A DNA stretch of 64,000 nucleotides from the human T2T-CHM13v2.0 reference genome, Homo sapiens: NCBI RefSeq assembly GCF_009914755.1, contig NC_060925.1; one strand, 5' to 3'. The notes beneath the pieces are model-generated. The model saw nothing but the letters and a program-made list of their open reading frames with translations, ran no database searches and had not been told where the DNA came from. Every line of letters starts with the position of its first letter. Position 1 is the stretch's first letter. Made by a program: the position numbers and the translations under genes. Positions 1-15,084 of this stretch are shown piece by piece.

Positions 1-35
1 CGTTTTGGTTTTGGAGAAGTCATTGGTGGTCTTGA

Positions 36-372
36 TGAGTCATGACATGACATGGCATGTTCAGGGGACAGTGTGGCCAAGATGGAATGGGACTGTCATT
101 AGTAAGGAGGAAGTCAAGAGGCTGAGAGGGAAGGGGAGGGCCATGGGTCATTCCAAGGACAGGTGACTCAAGGCATGACATGACATAACCAGGAGACCTA
201 GAATTTTTTTAAAAACGAGATTTTTGAATGAAGGTAAAGGTAATGTTCTGGAAAAGGAAGTAAAGCAGTAAAGGACTAACCCTGTTTGAGCACTGTGGCT
301 TGGTGGGCTTTGGGGGTGAGAGTGGCTTTGTGCTGTCAGAGAAGCAGGGCGCCCAGGGAAAAACATGAGTCA
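36..372. promoter_or_regulatory. Cluster of three AP-1 consensus sites (candidate enhancer)
   Basis: TGAGTCA 36-42, TGACTCA 164-170, TGAGTCA 366-372. Confidence 0.4.
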
Positions 373-1018
373 GAAGCAGCAGAAGTGAAGGCAGAGGTGC
401 ACTTTAGCCCCATGCCATGCTTGCCACCCTAACAGCCTTTCAGGCAAGTCAGCGTGCCCTTGGTTTCCTAGCAGGCGCGCCCTCCCAGGTGGAGTCCTGG
501 GGCTGAACACATCCCCTGGACCCACATGGAGTTTCCAGGATCTGAGTTCATGACACTAATTGCTGGTTTATCCTTTTCTCCTCCGGGGAAATTCTTACGG
601 CTGGGAAGATTCCCTCTGATATTTTAGAAGAACATAATAATTAAGCATTTTAAGGGGAGGAGGCTTGTAGAAGTTCAAATTAGATGCTATATGGGGAAAT
701 TATAGCTGCTGCCGCCAAGAAGCAGCAGCAAGAAAGGCTGTCAGCAAGAAGTTGCGTGCAACGGCGACAGGAATGGGCCCACTTTGGACCAGCAGGGCTA
801 GGCGTGCTTCCCCTTCCTGCACCTCTGCCCATTCCACCTCAGGTCCAGGCGCTGCCCAGGGCCCAACAGACCAGGGAGCAGCTGGATTCTCATCTCCCAA
901 AACCACACAAGAAGTCCTGGCCTTCTCAGATGGTGGGCATGAAGGGGTGGGACCCCCCACTCCATGGACCACCTTCCTCCTGTGTCTACCCCACCAGCAA
1001 ATCATGGGCAAGGAGGGC

Positions 1019-1116
1019 CATGGGGCTGCTGGTGAAATGGCACAGTTCCCTGATTCCCCTCGCAGGACATGGGGCTGCTGGTGAAATGGGACAGTTCCCT
1101 GATTCCCCTCGCAGGA
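1019..1116. repeat. 49-bp tandem duplication
   Basis: catggggctgctggtgaaatgg(c/g)acagttccctgattcccctcgcagga at 1019 and 1068, one mismatch. Confidence 0.95.
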
Positions 1117-1824
1117 CATGCGACAGGGGTGTTGCCTGCTTGGTCATCCTGCAGATCAAACCCCTGGCGGGAGCATGCAGACAGGAAGGTACAGAGGCTG
1201 GGGCGAGTGCTTTTGGGATCCTGCCCCACGCAGCATCTAGGGGCGGATGTCCGTGCCTCCCGAAGCCCAAGTGAGCAGTGTGTTACAGGCTCTTTCAGGT
1301 TTGCCATCTGCAGATGGCTTGTGTGTTAATCAGCTCAATGGACAAAGTGTGACAGCTTTCTCTATCATCTGGAGCTCTTGCCTAGTGTGCGGGAAAAATA
1401 GGATCACACGTGGTCTCGAAGGATGAGTGCAAGATTTTATTGAGTAGTGGAGGTGCCTCTCAGCAAGATGGATGGAGAGTCGGGAGGAGGCATGGAGTGG
1501 GAAGGTGGTCTTCCCCTGAAGTCCAGCTGTTCTCGGCCCCTTAGGTCCTTCTCTGCCGTGCTGCCCTACTGCTTTTTGTCGCTCTGTTCCTCTGCTCCTC
1601 TCCGTGTTCAGCCGCTTGTGTGTCTGAGCCTGCTAAGATCTGGGGTTTCTATGGGCACAAGATGGGGGGCATGACAGGCCAGAGTGGTCTTGGAAAATGC
1701 AACATTCGGACATAAAAACAGGAGTGCTTGTTCTCACTTAAGTCCGCAGGCACAGGCCTGAGGGTGGAGCCCCGGCGAGGGACTCCGCCCTTCTCTAGCC
1801 AGCACTTCCCTGCCCCCGTGTCCA
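1082..1824 (-). mobile_element. MER52-family ERV1 solo LTR
   Basis: Left end tgaaatgggacagttccctgattcccctcgcagga and right end gagggtggagccc...cttccctgcccccgtgtcca resemble the reverse-complemented MER52 termini; ttttattgag polyA-signal complement. Confidence 0.75.
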
Positions 1825-2260
1825 CTGCGTCTTCCCCCTGAGCTGTCGAGGCTGTTTTCAGGAGCCGGTGGTGAGGAATCCCAAGATGGGAAGATAGTGC
1901 CTCCTCCCTCCTCCCAGGCCTCCAGGAGGCTGCCCTCCAGGACAGAGGACAGAGAAGGGGAGATTCCTGCTGGCATTCTCTGCTGGTGTATGGGCTCTGA
2001 AGTGGGCCCAGGAATTCATGCCATCCAAAGCAGGAGGACCCAGGAGTTCTGTTGGCCTCACACTTTCTGTCCAGAGAAGCAGTTCTGGGGACAGAGAAGT
2101 GCTGGGGCGCAGGGTGGCCGAGGCTGCGCGTCCACATCTCATCATTCCTGGACTGTTGAGATTGGCCATTGGTGACTTTACCTCCTGTCTGCGCTGTGCC
2201 AGCAAAGGTGGAGCCCACACCCTGGGGTAGAACAGCTCTTGCTCAGGGAGGGCCCGCTCT

Positions 2261-2311
2261 GGGCATGGTTGGGCTCGGGGCTTCGTTGGGCCCGGGGCAT
2301 GGTTGGGCTCC
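2261..2311. repeat. 17-bp G-rich minisatellite x3
   Basis: gggcatggttgggctcg / gggcttcgttgggcccg / gggcatggttgggctcc. Confidence 0.85.
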
Positions 2312-3699
2312 ACGCCTGAGTCTCCCTGCAGCTCCCACGTGTGTGCCTCCTCCTCAGTGAGACATAGTCCCTGCAGTGTTTAAAGGTGGGGATCACATGT
2401 TTTGCTCAGTGGCTTTGGGGACTGGGTGTTTCTCCTCTCAAACAAAATTGGGAGCCTTCTGGGTCTTTGGCCCCGCCTGCCTCTGCATGAGTGTTTATGG
2501 GATTCCTGTAACCAGGCAGACCCATTTCCAGATTCGTAGAGGATGGCAGCCCGCCTGTGTAAATGCCATGGTTGCCTGACATGGATTGGCACTGGGGCTG
2601 GCCCAAGGACCCGGGGCCCTGCTTGGCGTCGGCTGCCCCTGAGCTGCTCGCTTTCTTTGGCATTCACAGAGGGGCCTTTGTATAGTTAGCAGCCTACACA
2701 GAGCTCTTTAGGCCATGACCATGGTGGAGTCAGGTTGGAGCGGGGGCCCAAAAGCAGCTGCAAGGCCAGGTCCCTGGGGCACAGAGGAATGTGTGGAGTC
2801 TGGCGGGGGGCTGTCAAGTCCAGGTTGCTTAGTACAGACCACGCAGGGAACACGGGAATCCAGATGGCAAGATCTCAGGGTCAGATGAAGCAGCAGGTAG
2901 TGGGAAAACCAGACCGGGAAGGCCAAGTCAGTGTCCACCATCCCATCAGACAGGGGGTCCTGGAGAGTTTCAGCCCAGCAGGTAGGAGACTGTGCTCACA
3001 GGATCCCTGGGAAGAATGTCTCAGGCCTGACATATTCTGTGGTCGGGCCAAGATTAGGGTGAGTGAGGCGCGAGGATGTCAACTCTAAGGAGGCATCACT
3101 CCCAGGACCAGCCTGCCCTTGCATGACCCTGAGACCTGGGAGAGGAGCCTCCTTCAATTCTGCACCTTGGCACCTCCCTCACCTCCCCTCAACCCTAGCC
3201 CTGCAGGTTGTGCCTTTGCTAACCCAGACGGCTGCCCCCTTGGTTCCACATAACAGCACCGATGGGCTGAGTTCACGGACTCTGGGGTTGGTTGGGGTCT
3301 TTACCTGGGTTTAGGCACCCTTCCTGGTGGGATCTCTCAACACGTTCTCAACAGCTACTTCCCCGGTCAGGGAAGGGCATCCATTCACCCGGTTGCCCAA
3401 AACAGATCGTTGGGACTCAGTTCCTCCTCTTCTTTCCTTCCCACAGAGACAGCTGGGCCAGGTTCCTAACTGGTCTCCCTGTCTCCAGCCTGCCCCTCTA
3501 ATCCATTCCTGGCCTTCCTAAAACTCAGATCTGATATCATCTCCCCTATGAGTCTTGGAGAGGACATTGCCCCATCTATAAAGGGGTGCCATATAGTTCT
3601 TTATCGAATATAGCTTAGTTTTCTGACTCTAAAATTAATAATTAAGGAAACACAAGGAAAGACAGAAAAATAGAAAGGTGGATTACTCATTTTGGCCCT

Positions 3700-4100
3700 A
3701 TGAAACCAGATGCAGCCACAAGACTTGTTTGGCCAATGAACATTCAGTGGAGGGTGATGTGTGTTGCCCTACTGGACAGAAGCTTCCAGAGCCAGTGTGT
3801 GATTTTCCATGCGCTCTTTTCCCCACTTTGAGAGTATGTCTGTGTCTGACAAAAGCAAGACCTCTTGCTCCCGAAACTGCTCTGCATGGAGGAAACTCAG
3901 GCACACCCCCTGATGAGCCTCCTGGCTGGGCCAGCTAACTTTGTACAACAGGTGCAAAGCTCACTCCAGCAGGGACGCTGATCCTGGCCCAGCAGCAAGA
4001 GGATGTGGATGGCTTTGATCATGCCGTTTCCACTTCTGGAAAAAGAACTCATTCTTTGGCAGCATTTCCATTGTGTTACCAGACAGCATCCCAGCTGCTG
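3700..4100 (+). mobile_element. Old MaLR LTR (MLT1J-like)
   Basis: gacttgtttggccaatgaa...gtgatgtgtg...agaagcttccagagccagtgtgtgattttccatg. Confidence 0.5.
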
Positions 4101-4109
4101 AGGACACGA

Positions 4110-5160
<1,051 letters not shown>

Positions 5161-5895
5161 TTGTTCCCTCTCAATTTTCCTAAGAGGTCTTTCTTCATGA
5201 AGTTGGGTGGGGCACGGGGCCCCTGAGGTTCTTGTCACCCCTCACCACTCTTTTTTCTTTTGACTGGAGAAGTGTCCACATGAGTCTGTGGGAGGCAAGA
5301 GTTGGGGGTTGGGAGGAGGAGAGGGAGAGCTCACCTGTCTGCTTCCCACCGCATGCCCAGAGGCTGTGGTTTGTGACTGCTGGTTTTGACAGTCTTTACT
5401 GGCTTCTGATCAAACTGGAGAAGATCAGGAGGTTAATTTTGCCCTGAAGGCAGGCATTATGCCTGGCATCTATGCAAGAATTTAGAGCATGTTGAGAGCT
5501 CTCTGATGTTCAGTTTTCTCCTAAGGCTACACTGGAAATAGGACTTGCCTTGGCCTCAAAGTAGTTGGACTCCCTACAGGCTGACCAACAGGGGCCACGG
5601 GGGCTCTGAGAAGTTCCTAAAGCCCCCAATGAGGTATTTGTCTAGGCAGAGCTTTGAGGAGCACAGCAGCTGTGCCTGGCTCGCTCCCTAAGGATTTAGG
5701 GCTAGCTCTGGGTTCAGGTTCCTCTTTGCCAAGAGGGAGAATACCTATTCTTACTTCTCTTCTCAAGACCTTGTGGGGAGAGTGATTAGAGAACTAATAA
5801 AATGATGGGTAAAGATGCTGGGGTGGGGAGAGGCAGGCTTGGGTAGGAGCATGGGTAAGAGGTGTTCTGCCAAGATGCATTATAATTGTTCCTTT

Positions 5896-6198
<303 letters not shown>

Positions 6199-6491
6199 TT
6201 GTTCCTTCCATACCAGTTCTTATATTTGGCTGTTGGCTTTGAATGTGGGAATGAAGCAGCAATACATGACGTAGTTGTAAACTGGTCTTTCTTATGTTTC
6301 TCCTCTTACTTTATCATGTTTAAACAAACAAACAAAATGAACAAAAACCCCTAGGTTAAACAATATAATTCTCATTTAAAAAATTCAAACAGTTCAAATG
6401 TCCCACAACTATTTGGTCTCATTACCCAGAGTGAACTACCCGTAACAAAAGCATTCTTCTAGACATTTTTCATAGATAAGCAATCATAGTT

Positions 6492-6783
<292 letters not shown>

Positions 6784-7057
6784 ATCATAGTTTATGCATA
6801 ATTAAATATACACATAGATATACATATATAATAAGTATTTTAAGATGAATATGCCAGCAAATTATAAGGCTCTTTTGCATCTTCTTATTTTTTACATAAC
6901 TTTTCAGAATGTTTTATATCAACATACATACATCACCTTTCTTTTCAGTAACTGACTAGTACTCCATCTAATGAATGTACTATTATTTTCTTATCTAGTT
7001 CCCTATGATGGATTGTTAGATTATTTCTAGTTCTTTGGTGTTGTAAGAATCAAATTA

Positions 7058-7435
<378 letters not shown>

Positions 7436-7602
7436 TCATTAGTAAATGAGAGAACCAGTAAGATGAGGCCATGTAACCTCGAAGAACAAAAACTAAAATA
7501 TGAACAGTGGTTGGCATGCTCTTGGGGTGCCTGACAGAAACAGACAGGTGATGATTTTACCCCAGGCCAGGAGTCCCCCCATAAGCCTAGAAATATGAAC
7601 TC

Positions 7603-7862
<260 letters not shown>

Positions 7863-7995
7863 TCAGGAAAAACAACAACTAAGAATTCAATTCCCAAGAA
7901 AATAAAATATTCAAATTATCAAATGTAGATTATAAAATAGATATGCCTAAACTTATTACAGAAACTTAAAAGTAAAGTTGAAAATACAAGAAAAA

Positions 7996-8332
7996 GGCCA
8001 GGTGTGGTGGCTCATGCCTGTAATCCCAACACACTCGGGAGGCCAAGGCAGGTAAATCACGAGATCAGGAGTTCGAGAACAGCCTGGCCAGCATGGTGAA
8101 ACCCTGTCTGTATTAAAAATACAAAAAATTAGCTGGGTGTAGCGGTGGGTGCCTGTAATCCTAGCTACTTGGGAGGCTGAGGCAGAAGAATCACTTGAAG
8201 CAGGAGGCAGAGGTTGCAGTGAGCCGAGATCGCGCCACTCCACTTCAGCCCAGGTGACAGAGTGAGACTCCATTTCACAAAAAATAAAACAAAACAACAC
8301 TACAAACAAACAAACAAAAAACAAACAAAAAA
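7996..8332 (+). mobile_element. Alu (S-type) with (caaa)n tail
   Basis: Full dimer consensus. Confidence 0.95.
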
Positions 8333-8534
8333 CTGAGAAAAGAATAAGCTTACTATATATATAAAAAATACCAGGTCAATTGAAAAATAAAATACTTCTA
8401 AAAATTAAGAAAAATAGCCAGAAGAATTTAAAAACACAATAGAAAGAGTAAATAACAGAAGAGATAATTAATTACCTGGAAGATAGATCTGAAAAAATTA
8501 CTCAAAACTTGGTGCAAAGAAGAAAGGTGATGGT

Positions 8535-9031
8535 GGCTGGTGCAGTGGCTGTGCCTGTAATCACAGCACTTTGGGAGGCTGAGGTGGGTGGATCACTTGA
8601 GCCCAGGAGTTTGAGACCAGCCTGGGCAACATGGCAAAACCCTGTCTCTACCAAAAAAAAATCCAAAAAACCCAAAACGCAAAAAACAAAAATTAGTTGG
8701 GCATGGTGTCATGTGCCTGTAGTTCCTGGGTCCCTTCCCATGTATCGTGGGAGGGACCCAGTGGGAGGTAATTGAATCTTTGGGATGGGTTTTTCCCATG
8801 CTGTTCTCATGATAGTGAATGAGTCTCACAAGATCTGATGGTTTTATAAAAGGGAGTTCCTCTGCACAGGCTGTCTTGTCTGCCTCCATGTAGGACATGA
8901 CTTTGCTCCTCCTTGTGAGGATCACTTGAGACCAGGAGGTCAAGGCTGCAGTGAGCCATGATCACACCACTGCACTGCAGCCTGGGCAAGAGAGTAAGGT
9001 CCTGTCTCAAAAAAAAAAAAAAAAAAAAAAA
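8535..9031 (+). mobile_element. AluJ interrupted by an internal THE1 fragment
   Basis: Alu 8535-8726 and 8917-9031; TSD aaagg(t/a)gatgg. Confidence 0.9.
8727..8916 (+). mobile_element. Internal THE1 (THE1D-like) LTR fragment without termini
   Basis: gtgggagggacccagtgggaggtaattgaatc...gatctgatggttttataaa...ctttgctcctcctt. Confidence 0.9.
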
Positions 9032-10237
9032 GGAGATGGAAAATATGAAAAAGACGTTAATAACATGGAGGATATTATAAAATGATCAAACATACATATA
9101 ACTGGAGTACCAGAAAGAGACAATAGACATTGGAGAGGGACAATGTTCAATATTTTTGCTTTTTCTGAGAATGCTCCCAAACTGATGAAAGACATGAATT
9201 CTGAGATTCAGGAAATAATGAATCATCAGCAGGATAAATATAAATAAATTTACATCAAGATGCACTGTGGGGAGCACTATGGAGATCTGTCAAATGCCAG
9301 CCAAGGACCCCTCTGCCTTACTCATGTCCTTTTAAATTCTTGTGCTAAATTCAATAACAGCAGCAACAATAAGGATACCTTATTTTCATTTAGCATTTTA
9401 TGTTGTTTGAAGTCTTTTATAGTCTATAAATATGTCAAAGGTAAGACCTTTGACAGATGAGGAGATGCATGTCAAAGATTAGGAGACCTAGTTCAAGGCC
9501 AGTTCACTTGGCAGCAGATGAAAGCATCAGTGCTTGGTCTGCTAACTGGGATCCTTCCCGCTTTGTGCTCCCACGAAAAAGTTTCTGAGTTCCTTGGAAG
9601 CCGCTTCCAATGACAGAGACAGTTGCACATTAGGGGCTATTAAGTAGGGTCTGGGAAAGAGACAACTTCCTGATATGGGGAGGGTCCCTGGCTACAAGGC
9701 AGATTATATCAGAACTTGCCCTCAGTTCCAGGAAACTAGAGATGCCTCCTGTCTTGGATAGAAAGAGCTGCCTGTTGGGTTGAGGAAGGACACTGAGGCT
9801 GTGGGAGAACCTCTTTAGCTTGAGGAAGAATTCAGCCAGTGAATCAGTTTTATAGCTCTTTCGCTCTTACTTTCCTGTCTCTGAGAGATGTTGGTGCGAC
9901 TGTGGTTTCTGTCATTGGCTGTGGTGTGTTATGAAAGAACATTGGGCAAAAACAGAAGTTATGGGTCAGGTTCTGGTTTTGTCCTTTGGACTCATACTGG
10001 GCTTTGTTTACTTAAGAGGGAGTTTGCTTCTAACAGGAGCAGAGTATGTGTCATTGAAGGGGGCAGTGATTATAGTTTACAAAAGTGATCTAGGAGAAGA
10101 CTTCCAACTTACTATTGAGGTTGTCACTGAATCTCTTAACATTTCTCTAAAAAAATGACAGGAAGGTGTGAGCTTTTCTGATTGTCAAAATGGGACATGG
10201 ATGAGAAAAGTTTAAAAAACACAGAACAGGAAGTTTT

Positions 10238-11039
10238 TGTTGGTGGGTGTGTTAGTTCGTTCTCACTCTGCTAATAAAGACATACCCGAGGCTGGGTAAT
10301 TTATAAAGAAAAAGAGGTTTAACGGAGTCACAGCTCCACATGACTGGGGAGGCCTCACAATCATGGCAGAAGGCAAAGGAGGAGCAAAGGCATGTCCTAC
10401 ACGGAGGCAGGCAAGAGAGCCTGTGCAGGGGAACTCCTTTTTATAAAACCAGCAGATCTCATGAGATTTATTCACTATCACGAGAACAACAAGGGAAAAA
10501 CCTGTCCGCGTGATTCAATTACCTTCTATTCGGTCCCTCCCTCATATGACACTTGAGAATTATGGGAGCTACAATTCAAGATGAGATTTGGGTGGGGACA
10601 CAGCCAAACCATATTAGTGGGTCAAAATGATATATTGAAGTTCTAACTCTCAGTATCTCAAAATGTGATCTTATGGGAAACAGAATCATTGCAGATGTAA
10701 TTAGTTATATTAAGATGAAGTCATACTGGAGTAGAGTGGACCCCTACTCCACGTGACTGTTGTCCTTACAAGAAGACAGAGACATGGGGAGAACCATCTC
10801 TGAAGACCGAAGATTGGAGTGATGCAGGTACAAGCCAAGGGATGTCAAAGATTGCCAATAAACCACCAGAAACTAGGAAGAGGAAAAGAAGAGTTGCCCT
10901 ATAGGTATCAGAGGAAGTATGGCCCTGTTGACACCTTAACTTTGGACTTAAGAATTGTGAGATGATAAATTTATTTGGTTTTGGTTTTAAGTACCCAGTT
11001 TGTGGTACCTAGTTATGGCAGTCTTCAGAAATGAATACA
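10238..11039 (+). mobile_element. MLT1C-like MaLR LTR with THE1 inserted near its 5' end
   Basis: gcagatgtaattagtta...gattggagtgatgc...aaccaccagaaactagg...cccagtttgtggta...gaataca. Confidence 0.75.
10248..10616 (-). mobile_element. THE1 (THE1D-like) solo LTR
   Basis: tgtgttagttcgttctcac...gatttgggtggggacacagccaaaccatatta; 5-bp TSD GTGGG. Confidence 0.92.
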
Positions 11040-11150
11040 GTGGGCATTTATGACTTTGGCTGTCCATCATCTGAGCACCTATCCTGCATGGGGGAAATCC
11101 TAAGGTTTGGGAGGTGACACTGCTGCTCCTTACAAAAGCTCAATGGGACT

Positions 11151-11731
11151 TGTATTAGGGTTCTCCAGAGAGACAGAACTAGTAGGATATATGTATATAT
11201 GAAAGGGAGTTTATCAGGGAGAATTGGCTCACATGATCACTAGGCGAAGTCCCGTGGCAGGCTGTCTGGAAGCTGGGGAAGAAAGAAGCCACTAATGGCT
11301 CAGTATGAGTCCAAAAGCTTCAAAAGCAGAGAAGCTGACAGTGCAGGCTTCAGTCTGTGGCCGAAGGCCCAAGAGCCCCCAGCAAACCACTGTTGCAAGT
11401 CCAAGAATCCTAAGGCCGAAGAACCTGGAGGCTGATGTTCAAGGGCAGGAGGAACAGGAGGAAGCATCCAGCACGGGAGAAAGAAAGCAGCCAGAAGACC
11501 CAGCAAGCCAGCCTATCCCACCTTCTTCTGCCTGCTTTGTTCTAGTTGAGGTAGCAGCCAATTGGATGGTGCCCACCCTCACTGAGGGTGGGTCCGCCTC
11601 TCCCAGTCCACTGACTCAAATGTCAGTACCCTCTGGCAACACCCTCACAGACACACCCAGAAACAATACTTTACCAGCTATCTAGGCATCCTTCAATCCA
11701 ATCAAGTTGACCCCTAATAGGAACCATCACA
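11151..11731 (-). mobile_element. MLT2B-like ERVL solo LTR
   Basis: tgtattagggttctccagag...caatccaatcaagttgac...accatcaca; TSD GGACT. Confidence 0.9.
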
Positions 11732-12157
11732 GGACTAGATATTCTTTTCTCAACTCCAGGCAGCTTGACTGTGAGGATGTCCCCTAAACACAGCCAATTG
11801 GACATTCCTGCCACTGTTTCTGAATTTGGAAGAAGTAAACCAAGCCTCCAGGTTAGTTACAGACTTTTTAAAATGGTGACTGTGGCCAAGTGGACGGTCT
11901 GATGCCTCAGCAGCTGGTGCCCGGCAGTGTCACCAGGACAGTTAGCATGGTCCTGCTGGCTGCTGTAGCAACATTCCAGCTGACACCATTCCCCTGCTCC
12001 CAACTATTTCCTGCCTGGGCATGTTTTCTGGGCTTTCCATGATTCTGTGAGCTACTGACCTTTCTCTACTATGTTAACCAGAGCCAATTTCTGTTCTTTG
12101 GAACATAGAATAATGACTAGTGCTTTACAATCTGTAAAGGATGAATACCCTCCATGC

Positions 12158-12485
<328 letters not shown>

Positions 12486-13039
12486 AGCACTGCTCTCTTT
12501 CATTTTTCTGCATTCCTACCTGTTTCATGCATCTCCACAATGGGACTTGAATATCTGAGGTCCCCGCCCTGTGGAACAGGGGGTTCTGGGAATGGTCACA
12601 AGGCTGTGGATGTGGAACATGCTTTCTGACCATAATATGGCACTGTCTCAGGTTAAGCCTAACAGATCTTGCCCCCTTCCACACTAGAGAGTCTGTTTCT
12701 GAGGCCACAGGAGTGCGACTGTGGTCTGGGTAAGACACGTTAGGAGAGACTGGCAGGGACCAGCTCTGCATCCAAAAGACCTGGCGTCTTGCTGTGCTCC
12801 TCAGCGTGGAGGATCCATGATGTACTCCAGGCATAGCCAGCTTGTGTCAATCAATGGAGATCCCTTTGGTGCCTGTAAGTCCCCTGGATAGACCCCAAGA
12901 ACATTCCAGAACCCCCAACATCTCGACTAGGCAGCTTCCTGTGCATTAGGAACAGAATCTTTCTTCCCTGAGAAATCTTAGTTCCCAAATGCTATGAGAG
13001 GAAGGACATTGCCTACACGGTAGGTCAGAGACCTCCACT

Positions 13040-13500
13040 GATTTATGTGTCTGTTCCTTTATCAAGCAGGCCCTCAGCCTAGCGGTGCAGAGAGGACATG
13101 GATCTTCCCGAGATGCCCACAGTCTATGAGAGAGAAAGACCAAGAAACCGCTGGAGGACTGGGTGAGCAGTGCTCTGAACCGGAGAGGGGTGTCCGACTC
13201 AGGAAAGACACTGTGAAGGAGGTGACATTTCAGCTGTCTCAGGAAGGACAAATAGGAAGTGGCCTGTGAAGAAGTAGTAGTGGAGGACCAAAATGTGGGA
13301 CCGTGGGAGGAAGAGGGGACAGGACTGTTGTGGGGAACATTGGGTGGGTGTAGGTGGAAAGTGAGGGGTGAATTTGAGGAGACAAGGAGGATGGAAAGGG
13401 TCTTGAATGCCACACAAAGGCATGTCACCTGGAAGCCAGGGGCATTGAAGGGTTTTAAGCACACGATGACACCATCAGATTTGTGTCTGCTCTGGTCACA
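13040..13500 (-). mobile_element. L2 relic
   Basis: gaaggaggtgacatttcagctg...cattgaagggttttaagca...atcagatttgtg. Confidence 0.55.
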
Positions 13501-13562
13501 TGCTAATATGCTTTCTCTTAGTCTGATTTTGAGTGAGCTCGTGAGTAACCAACGCAAAGGGG

Positions 13563-14284
13563 TGGCCTGAGAAGGACTCCATGCTTCTGTATTTGAGTCC
13601 TTGTGGACAAACTGTAACTTAATAGGTAGACAACATTGAGTACCTAACTTAGGAGTATGCACCTGTAAGAACTGCTGAGTCTTGGCCAATCCCAGCGGCC
13701 ATACTTCAACCACTCATACACCACTGAGTGTTCAAACTGTGTTCAAGTAAGGCAAAGGCCAACCTGTAACCAATCCAGCTATTTCTGTAGTTCACCTCCA
13801 ATATCTTTTTTTTTTTTTTTTTTGAGACGGAGTCTCACTCTGTCGCCCAGACTGAAGTGCAGTGGCGCAATCTCGGCCCACTGCAAGCCTCCGCCTCCCG
13901 GGTTTGTGCCATTCTGCAGCCTCAGCCTCCCGAGTAGCTGGGACTACAGGCACCCGCCACCACGCCCGGCTAATTTTTTGTATTTTCAGTGGAGACGGGG
14001 TTTCACTGTGTTAGCCAGGATGGTCTTGATCTCCCGACCCTCGTGATCTGCCTCCCTCGGCCTCCCAAAGTGCTGGGATTACAGGCGTGAGCCACCGCGC
14101 CAGCCGCACCTCCAATTTCTGTATGTCACTTCCCTTTTTTTGTCTATGAATTTGTTCTGACTATGAGGCATCCCTGGAGTCTGTGTGAATCTGCTGTGAT
14201 TCGCGGGGGCTGCCTGATTCACGAATCGTTCATTGCTCAACTAAACTCCTTTAAATTTAATTCTGCTAAGTTTTTCTTTTAACA
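13563..14284 (+). mobile_element. MER57A-like ERV1 LTR interrupted by AluY
   Basis: ggcctgagaaggactcc...ggccaatcccagcggcc...cattgctcaactaaactcctttaaatttaa...ttttaaca. Confidence 0.85.
13805..14105 (-). mobile_element. AluY
   Basis: CpG-rich; diagnostic ccattct and tgttagccaggatggtc; TSD cacctccaat. Confidence 0.92.
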
Positions 14285-14501
14285 GAGGGTTGCGCCAACT
14301 CTCTAGAAACAGCCCTTCTTTTACTCATTTCTAGCAGACTTGCTTTACCCTATGGGATTTAGGTCAAGGGCTCACAGAGGGGCCCCCATACCATATGTCT
14401 AAATATTTAAAAGTTATAAGAAGCCAACAAACCATTAAATATAATGTGTTCTATTCTCCATCCTTCACAAATACACTTAAAAAAACAAGAAAACAAAAAA
14501 A

Positions 14502-15084
<583 letters not shown>

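Noticed and set aside
684-1274. 196-aa ORF
   Set aside because: Runs into a MER52 LTR and through the 49-bp duplication; no recognisable protein features
12946-13713. 255-aa ORF on the minus strand
   Set aside because: Spans a MER57 LTR and an L2 relic, with a non-ATG start; chance ORF
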